A DNA stretch of 64,000 nucleotides, from IMG/VR virus record IMGVR_UViG_3300044977_000112; one strand, given 5' to 3'. Below, piece after piece: positions 19,433 through 26,589 of this stretch; the first letter of the stretch is position 1, and each line of letters begins with the position of its first letter. The notes under the pieces were generated by a model, which made no database searches, had not been told where the DNA came from, and saw only the letters and a list, made by a program, of their open reading frames with translations. Origin of the DNA: an uncultured virus (IMG/VR IMGVR_UViG_3300044977_000112) (taxonomy: Duplodnaviria > Heunggongvirae > Uroviricota > Caudoviricetes). Both the position numbers and the translations under genes were made by a program.

Positions 19433-20122
19433 TTGAAAAAAAACGAGTCCAAAAGAGGTGCGGTGGTGGCGACGGAAGACACGAAAACGAAGCTTCAACC
19501 GAAGCAAATGCGGTTCGTGCAGGAATATCTCATCGATCTGAATGCAAGTGCTGCTTACAAAAGAGCTTATCCGAAAGCAAAACCCGAATCGGCATTATCC
19601 AATTCCACTCGCTTGATGCGAAAAGATAGTATTTGCATGGCTATAAAAGAGGCTCAAGACGAAAGATCAAAACGAGTCGAAGTCACTGCCGACGATGTCC
19701 TGCGCGAACTGATGCGTTTGGCCTTCGTCGATCCCAGAGCAATCATGAAATGGGGACCGGACGGTGTGATCTTGAAAGACTCCGATACACTTCCCGAAGA
19801 CGTTGCACGTTGTGTTTCAGAAGCGTCTCAGACCACCAGTTTGACGGGCGGTACGATTCGGATCAAGATGGCCAGTAAACTCGACGCTCTGGAAAAAATC
19901 GGGCGGCATCTGGGTATGTTCAAAGATAAGATAGAGATTGAAGGCAAAGTGCATCATACCACTTTGGATTTGACAAAACTCAGCGATGACACGATCAGAA
20001 CTCTTGAACAAGCTCTCGAAAAATCGGCTCCCAACCCGGCAGGAACTCAATCGGGAGAAGGCCCGGAGACTATCACATTTGCGCTGGAATCAGATATTCC
20101 TTCCGACCCACACGCCGCTTGA
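19433..20122 (+). CDS. terS: Terminase small subunit
   Basis: LQPKQMRFVQEYLIDLNASAAYKRAY..SKLDALEKIGRHLGMF. Confidence 0.9.
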   Translation: MKKNESKRGAVVATEDTKTKLQPKQMRFVQEYLIDLNASAAYKRAYPKAKPESALSNSTRLMRKDSICMAIKEAQDERSKRVEVTADDVLRELMRLAFVDPRAIMKWGPDGVILKDSDTLPEDVARCVSEASQTTSLTGGTIRIKMASKLDALEKIGRHLGMFKDKIEIEGKVHHTTLDLTKLSDDTIRTLEQALEKSAPNPAGTQSGEGPETITFALESDIPSDPHAA

Positions 20123-21551
20123 ATCCGCCCCCCTTCATTCGTGGATTTCCGCCAAGCTCGGTGAATTTTCACCAGTCAATGAACCATCTCGCCAACATGG
20201 TCGCAAACTGGCCCTGATCGCGCCGCGGGAGTCGGCCAAGACAACCTCGATAACTTTGGGTTATGCTCTGCGCTGTGCCCTTCAGGGCACCGAGCGTTAT
20301 ACAGTCATCATCTCCGATGAAGAAAAGAATGGTGCCAAGTTCCTTGCCGCGATCAAGAAGGAGATTCAGACCACACCCCGGATTCTAGCGGTGTACGGCG
20401 ATCAATCGACCCGCGAATGGCGTGAGGACCACATACGGCTCAAGAATGGATGCCTGATCGAATCGGCGGGAAGAGGATCGAAAATTCGCGGTCGCAAAGA
20501 TAGTCAAAACCGTCCCACGTTGGTGATCGTGGACGACTGCCAGAGCAACAAGGATGCGCGATCGCCCACGGAGCGGACGGTGGCTCTGGATTGGTTCTTG
20601 AAAGAAGTGATACCGGCAGGCAGCGAGAAAACCAACTTCATCTCCGTGGGGTCGGCTCTCCATCGTGAAGCCGTCTCTGTCCATGCCCAATCGCTCATCG
20701 GCTGGCAAGGTCATACGTTCCCCGCAATTATCTCTTATCCCGATGATCTAAGTCTGTGGAGTGAATGGGAACGGTTGGCGACCAACCTTGCTGACGATAA
20801 ACGCGAAGAGACAGCGCGAGCGTACTTTCATGCGAATTACGAAGCGATGTCCAAAGGCAGCAAGACCTACTGGCCATCCAAATGGCCCATCGACAAACTC
20901 ATGGCTCGACGTGCCGAGATCGGTGATGCCGCTTTCGAGACGGAATACCAAGGCGTTCCTACCACGCCCCAAGGAGCACGCTGGCCAGCCCACTATTTTG
21001 AGAACCTATATTTCGATCACTGGCCAGCGGATCTGGTATGCAAGGTCACGGCCCTCGATCCCAGCGAAGGGGCAACCGAAGATGCGGATTATCAAGCTCA
21101 TGCAATGGTCGGTATTGATGCGCAGGGCGTTTTTTGGATTGATGCTGTCGCGGTAAGGGAGCCGCCGCATTTGATGATTGTTCGACATCTGCGACTGGCC
21201 CAAGAGTTCTCGAAAATTAAGGGCTTGGGTAATATGCCGCTGCCGGTAAGTGCCGTGACGATGGAGGATAATGCGACGATGGGGCTGTTGCAGGCGGAGA
21301 TCGAACGTATTACCGAAGAAGAAGGAATTGTTTTGCCGTGGGATTGTTTGACGCAAACTATTCCTAAGCACTTGCGTGTAATCAGGGCTGATCCCTATTT
21401 GGCTCGGCGGCAAATTAGAGTGAGAAATACTAAAGGCGGCCGCGAATTGATTCAGGAATGGCGTGAATATCCTGTGGGGGAAAAAAAAGACGTGGCCGAC
21501 GCAGTATCTACCGCAATTGCAAGTATTCAATACTTGGCTATGGGGAAATAA
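19986..21551 (+). CDS. terL: Terminase large subunit
   Basis: APRESAKTT (Walker A), IRG..RPTLVIVDD (Walker B), FETEYQG, ALDPS nuclease motif. Confidence 0.92.
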   Translation: MTRSELLNKLSKNRLPTRQELNREKARRLSHLRWNQIFLPTHTPLESAPLHSWISAKLGEFSPVNEPSRQHGRKLALIAPRESAKTTSITLGYALRCALQGTERYTVIISDEEKNGAKFLAAIKKEIQTTPRILAVYGDQSTREWREDHIRLKNGCLIESAGRGSKIRGRKDSQNRPTLVIVDDCQSNKDARSPTERTVALDWFLKEVIPAGSEKTNFISVGSALHREAVSVHAQSLIGWQGHTFPAIISYPDDLSLWSEWERLATNLADDKREETARAYFHANYEAMSKGSKTYWPSKWPIDKLMARRAEIGDAAFETEYQGVPTTPQGARWPAHYFENLYFDHWPADLVCKVTALDPSEGATEDADYQAHAMVGIDAQGVFWIDAVAVREPPHLMIVRHLRLAQEFSKIKGLGNMPLPVSAVTMEDNATMGLLQAEIERITEEEGIVLPWDCLTQTIPKHLRVIRADPYLARRQIRVRNTKGGRELIQEWREYPVGEKKDVADAVSTAIASIQYLAMGK

Positions 21552-21555
21552 TCTA

Positions 21556-21624
21556 TCCGACGACTTGGCTGATAGCGTGTCCACCGCTATCACCTCCTTA
21601 CAATATCTTGCAATGGGTAAGTGA
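21556..21624 (+). repeat. Synonymously diverged duplicate of the terL 3' end
   Basis: Encodes SDDLADSVSTAITSLQYLAMGK*; TerL ends KKDVADAVSTAIASIQYLAMGK*. Confidence 0.9.
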
Positions 21625-22017
21625 ACAAATGACAGGACAGCACGCCATCCTCACCATCAACGGCAAGCAAATTCTAATCAAGGAATGGCTAGCCGATCCG
21701 CAGGTGGATAGCTTTAATCCATCAAGTCATGGAGAATGGCTGTATCCGCCGGCGCTAATGCAGCGAGAGCAATGGTTCAATCTCGGCATCACATGCCGAG
21801 ATTGGCGCGGAGAGATTCCGGAAACAGGAACCTTGTTCGGACCGCTATCGGCTCGACTCAGAAGGCGACCGGGTATCGTGCGGATTCAGCAGGCTCAACT
21901 AACGGATTTTATGGCTCGCGAATCGCGAGCGATTCGCGATTCGCGAGCCGACTCTATTTGGGAAAGCGAATTCACCGCCCAGAGCGTCGGCCTATTCACA
22001 ATCGAGGAGGAATAGCG

Positions 22018-22611
22018 ATGAATCATGCGCATCGTGTCCGCGGTGTCATCCTGCGCCATCTCGCGGCTTTGGCCGAAGACTTGGGTCAGTTTGATCAGAC
22101 TTGCCACGGCGTATTGAGCCTTGGAGAGAAGCCGTGGGAGCAATTAGGCAAGCAGATCGGTTTGGTCGGCGAGCAGCCGACCGCGTTCAATATCTCAACG
22201 TTGGTGCAAGATATTGTTTTGATTTTGAAGAGATGCGGGTGGGATAAGCGGCCGGAGATCGAGCCGCGGATTTTGAAGGTTCATGAGATTCTTGCGGAGC
22301 CACAGACGATTCATGAAGCCGTGCACATGTGTGAGGACATGTGTCGCCGAGCCATCAATCGCATCGAGCACGAGAACATTCACCGCACGGGCTTTCATCT
22401 GTGCAGTTTTTTGTTGGGAAGAAACCGCGACGGGAATATCGAATTGCGGATGGAAATGACGAACGCTCCTCGTGAAGCTTATGCCCAGCTTCCCGACGGA
22501 ACAACTGTCAAGATTAATACGAACCATCTGGAAGCCACAGGAGATCCTATCTTGCGACATCCCGAAACAGGCGATATGATTCCTTGCTTGGAAGAACAGA
22601 AGCCTGTATAA
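22018..22611 (+). CDS. Hypothetical protein
   Basis: GAGGAGG RBS. Confidence 0.55.
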   Translation: MNHAHRVRGVILRHLAALAEDLGQFDQTCHGVLSLGEKPWEQLGKQIGLVGEQPTAFNISTLVQDIVLILKRCGWDKRPEIEPRILKVHEILAEPQTIHEAVHMCEDMCRRAINRIEHENIHRTGFHLCSFLLGRNRDGNIELRMEMTNAPREAYAQLPDGTTVKINTNHLEATGDPILRHPETGDMIPCLEEQKPV

Positions 22612-22681
22612 AAGACGAACGGGCGGCGTCTCCCAACGCCACCCGTTCCGAACAATAACCATGCTAAAAAGGAGCACGGCC

Positions 22682-23071
22682 ATGTCCGAAGTTAACGATA
22701 CCAATTCCACATATCAGCAACCACCCCTGACCAACGAGCAATACGTTCGTTTGGAGTTGACGAAGACCATTTGGCCCAATCTGTCGAACACACAAGCCAG
22801 AGCGGAATGGGCCGAAAATCTGGAGATGCTCACGAGGCAGATTCTGGGAGCCAATCTTCACCAGAGGCGAGAGACCCCCTTTGCCATTCTCAAGGATGGC
22901 ACCGTGGTTACCAGTGCGGAGGAGATGATCGGTAAGGTAGTGCGTCATGGTGGGGAGAGTTTTGTAATTTACAGAGCATATCCCAGACCCATAGGAGCGT
23001 GGCTTGAGGGCTACCGCGATGATGGCGCTGGTTGCGCCCGAAGAGCCGATGAATGCGAACTCGTTAAATAG
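22682..23071 (+). CDS. Hypothetical protein
   Basis: AGGAG RBS. Confidence 0.5.
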   Translation: MSEVNDTNSTYQQPPLTNEQYVRLELTKTIWPNLSNTQARAEWAENLEMLTRQILGANLHQRRETPFAILKDGTVVTSAEEMIGKVVRHGGESFVIYRAYPRPIGAWLEGYRDDGAGCARRADECELVK

Positions 23072-23109
23072 ATTTTGGCTTGTCAAGCGGATTCTGATAA
23101 AATCGCCGC

Positions 23110-26100
23110 ATGTCCGCGAATTCCATCACCTCCGAAGAAGCCATCGCCCTCATTTCGTCTGAAGTGGTGCGCATCAACGAAGACGCACCACTTCCGAGTG
23201 CGAGATTCGTTCATCCTCATCGGCAGGCCAGGGTCAAGGTCCAGGAAAGCGGCTGGGGAACCGGGGACGGTAACCCTCTAACGGCTTTTATAGGCTGGAA
23301 TACTTCATACGCTCCATATGCTGGATTCTCTCCGGCCCAGTCCGGCCAACTCCCAAGCGGTTCCGGAGCGTATGGCGGCATCTACGGCGGCTACGGCGAT
23401 TCCAACGGACTGCTCGGCGATCGCACGGTATTCAATTCCAATCTCCCTCCCGGTATCTTCACCGAGATCCAGTGGCGGCTGATTCTCAGTGCTAATCGCT
23501 TCCTGCTCCAAGATAATCCCATAGCCGAGTCACTGTGTAACCGTGTCGCGGCTTACATTGGTCCGTGTCAGGTGCAATTTGTTCCCGAAGAAGTGGCTTT
23601 GTCTGGTGTCATGAGTGACGATGCCAGCGAAGACCCGGACGCCAAGGCGACTCATCTCCTGTGGAATCGCTTCCGGCAAAAGAATGCTTGGGGGCCGGCT
23701 CTGGGGACTGAAGATCGCGAGAAAGAGTTTCGCATCCGTCTGAGCCGAGATGGTGAAGCCATCATCCGTGTGGGGGCTGGGGATGAGGAAGCGGATCATA
23801 TTCCCTGGTGCCGGTTCGTGAATCCGGAACAATTGCGTTATCCGGCCGATGAAGCGGAACTGAGTTTCTACGGTCCGGATTACGATTGGCGGGAGGGCAT
23901 TTGCCGGCACAAGGACGACCCGGAAACACCGTTGGCGTACTGGATCTGTTATCCCGATTCTGGTGGCGGCAAGGGCGAAGAGGTGCCCGCGAAAAATATC
24001 ATCCGTGTGAAACTCGGCGTGGATGCGTGCATTGTTCGCGGCAATTCGGATTTCTTCAATGTCTCCAAACACCTCCGCGAGGCCATCACGATCCTGACGA
24101 ACATGGAAGGATCGACCCGCAAGCAAACGCAAGTCGATTGGATTCAGAAATATTCCAATGCCGTCGAGAACCAGGTCCGGCAAGCATTGCTCAAGCAAGG
24201 GTTCAACAAGGTCGATAACCAGGGCATGCCGATCGGGAGTGGTCAAGGCGGATTCGGGGGGCAAGGCGGGTGGGGCTTTCCGATGTACTCGATCGATGGG
24301 AGCTACATTCTGCACGTCAAGGATAATGTGGAATTCGAGGCTGGGCCAACGTCCACGGGCACATCGGGCTACCTTCAGGTTTACGACACGATTATCAAGA
24401 CCGTGCGGGATAAGTTTGGGCTGCCCGACGATGATGACTCAAGTTTCGCGGCCGCACTGGTAGATGGCTCACGCTTCGTCATCATCATCATCGAGCGTCA
24501 AGACCAGATCCGCGGAGCAGTCTACAAGTTGGCGAAAAGAGTAAGCGAACTGGGCGAAGAGAGCGGCAAGTTGGCGGCGGGTGTGGCGAAGCGGATCGAG
24601 CCCCTGGTCACGGCCAAGCCGCCTGTGAATGCGGACGAGGAAAAGAAGTCGCGCATGGGGCTGTCCGAGATCGATAAAGGTGTGAAGTCGCCGCAAGAAT
24701 TCATTCGTGAGCGCAACCGTAACCCGAAGCACGTGATAGCCGAAAACAAGGCATGGAAGGAGCAAGCCGGCCCACCGCCTGGAGAGAATCCGTTGGGCGG
24801 AGACAACCCGCCAGGAGGCGGCGGTTCGCCTGTGCCAAACCCAGGCCCGAATCCAACTCCACCGGGCAGCGCGGGCGGAGATGGGAGCTCGCCGAACTTT
24901 GAGGAATCGAAAGAAGTACGTGAGGAGTGGATTGAGGAACAGGCTGGACCGCACAAGTTCAGCAGCACGCAAATAAATCTTGTGGGAGAAGCCGCATATG
25001 CGATTCTGAATCTCGGCAAGCAGATCAAGTCGGAAGACTTGTGCGTGGAAGAGGGCGGCTGTGAGGAGGAACCACACGTAACTGTTCGCTATGGATTGCA
25101 TGAGGATGCGACTCAAGAGCAAGTCGCGGACATTGTTCACGCTCACGGACCAATCAAATTCTGGCTCGGAAAAATATCAACCTTCACGCGGCGTGATCCC
25201 GGCAAAGAGTACGACGTGGTGAAGGTCGATGTGGCTGGCGAAGACTTGGTGAAACTCAATAAGGCATTGGCTGTGCTGCCACACACCGACACCTTCAAAA
25301 CCTATAAGCCCCACGCCACAATTGCCCACGTCACGGCCGGGAAAGGCGACTCCTACGCCAAGAAATTTGGCTCGCTGGATATGGAGGTGATTGCGAATCG
25401 GGTAGTGTTTTCGCCAGCGGCACATAGCGGTCAAGCAGTGTTGATGCTGAACGAGAGCAACGCAATCACCGAGCACGCTCCTTCGCCTCCTTTCCCGGGC
25501 GGTGTCTTCAATGAGACATCCCACCACTGGGAGAAGCCGGCCGAGATTGCGAAGGCGGCAAAGCCATCCGCTCCTTCATTCGATGGCAAGATGCAGCAAT
25601 TGCTGAGTCATGCGAAGGGGCTGCCAAAAGCTCTCGCGGCGAAGGCATCTTCCTGGATTCAAGGGAAGTACACAAAACTGGCGGAGAGGTACGGTTCGAC
25701 TGGTGCCAAGGCGATTCTTGCGTCGGCTATTTTGCTAACGCCCGTTCCGTTGCCGGGCACGACGCTCATCCCAATTGCCTTGGCAGAAGGCGTGCGGAGA
25801 CTGTACGACGCGTTGAAATCCAAGAGGGTGACAGAGGAAGCACCCCTAACCCAAGAGCAGATTGAGGAAGAAGCCCGTAACTTGATTGAGGAGTTCAATG
25901 CGGCTTTTGAGGTCGTTCAAGAAGAGTCGCCTGTTGATGTGAACATCGCCGATCTCCTAGAGATCAACAGCCAGTTGAGCGAACAAGTTCGCGTGCAGGA
26001 AGAGCATCTTGCGAACCCTCCGTTTCCGGGCGGAGTTTTCAACGAAAACACGCATCGATGGGAGAAGCCAAACGCACAACCGACCTCGAAAAAAGCCTCT

Positions 26101-26589
26101 CAATCTGCTAAAATAGAGACAGAGAAGAAACCCGGTTTTGTGCATCAAACCAAGGGGGAAATCCCCAAAGAAGCGGGCCAGCAGTCCACCCCAGAGGAAT
26201 ATACGCACGCGGTCAAAATGGCCATCGAAAAGTTCAAGGTCGTTCCGAAACCGACTCGGGATGAATTGAAGCAAGCAAAGGCCGGTCTTGCCAAGCATGG
26301 AGCAAACAAGTATCGGCGGAATCTGGTTGGAAATACTGGCGACCGCCGCAAGAGACGGGAATCGTTGCTCAAAGAATTCGGCAACGGAAAGACTTGTCCT
26401 TGCATTTATTGCGGAGTGAAGATTGGTGAAGGAAGTCTAGAACAAGACAAGATTATTACCACGGCACAAGGCGGTAGATATAGGACTCCGAACCTCGTGC
26501 CATCGTGTTCGGGCTGCAATAAACAACGCGGCGATAAGCCGTTCGCGGAAATCGTCAAGAGGTTGATTCCACATGTCGAGACTACCTGA
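23110..26589 (+). CDS. Portal protein fused to 2H phosphoesterase (Acb1-like), hydrophobic hairpin and HNH-like domain
   Basis: Follows terL. Lambda-type portal motifs (RDGEAIIR, RFVNPEQL, PLAYWI, EEVPAKNIIRVK, RGNSDF); HVT/HAT pair; CIYCG..GG..NLVPSCSGCN. Confidence 0.85.
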   Translation: MSANSITSEEAIALISSEVVRINEDAPLPSARFVHPHRQARVKVQESGWGTGDGNPLTAFIGWNTSYAPYAGFSPAQSGQLPSGSGAYGGIYGGYGDSNGLLGDRTVFNSNLPPGIFTEIQWRLILSANRFLLQDNPIAESLCNRVAAYIGPCQVQFVPEEVALSGVMSDDASEDPDAKATHLLWNRFRQKNAWGPALGTEDREKEFRIRLSRDGEAIIRVGAGDEEADHIPWCRFVNPEQLRYPADEAELSFYGPDYDWREGICRHKDDPETPLAYWICYPDSGGGKGEEVPAKNIIRVKLGVDACIVRGNSDFFNVSKHLREAITILTNMEGSTRKQTQVDWIQKYSNAVENQVRQALLKQGFNKVDNQGMPIGSGQGGFGGQGGWGFPMYSIDGSYILHVKDNVEFEAGPTSTGTSGYLQVYDTIIKTVRDKFGLPDDDDSSFAAALVDGSRFVIIIIERQDQIRGAVYKLAKRVSELGEESGKLAAGVAKRIEPLVTAKPPVNADEEKKSRMGLSEIDKGVKSPQEFIRERNRNPKHVIAENKAWKEQAGPPPGENPLGGDNPPGGGGSPVPNPGPNPTPPGSAGGDGSSPNFEESKEVREEWIEEQAGPHKFSSTQINLVGEAAYAILNLGKQIKSEDLCVEEGGCEEEPHVTVRYGLHEDATQEQVADIVHAHGPIKFWLGKISTFTRRDPGKEYDVVKVDVAGEDLVKLNKALAVLPHTDTFKTYKPHATIAHVTAGKGDSYAKKFGSLDMEVIANRVVFSPAAHSGQAVLMLNESNAITEHAPSPPFPGGVFNETSHHWEKPAEIAKAAKPSAPSFDGKMQQLLSHAKGLPKALAAKASSWIQGKYTKLAERYGSTGAKAILASAILLTPVPLPGTTLIPIALAEGVRRLYDALKSKRVTEEAPLTQEQIEEEARNLIEEFNAAFEVVQEESPVDVNIADLLEINSQLSEQVRVQEEHLANPPFPGGVFNENTHRWEKPNAQPTSKKASQSAKIETEKKPGFVHQTKGEIPKEAGQQSTPEEYTHAVKMAIEKFKVVPKPTRDELKQAKAGLAKHGANKYRRNLVGNTGDRRKRRESLLKEFGNGKTCPCIYCGVKIGEGSLEQDKIITTAQGGRYRTPNLVPSCSGCNKQRGDKPFAEIVKRLIPHVETT

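Noticed and set aside
21489..21624. DGR template/variable repeat pair
   Set aside because: Differences are synonymous and not adenine-specific; no reverse transcriptase in the window.
23110..26589. Intein explaining the long portal
   Set aside because: No C/S...HN splice motifs; the extra domains are C-terminal additions.
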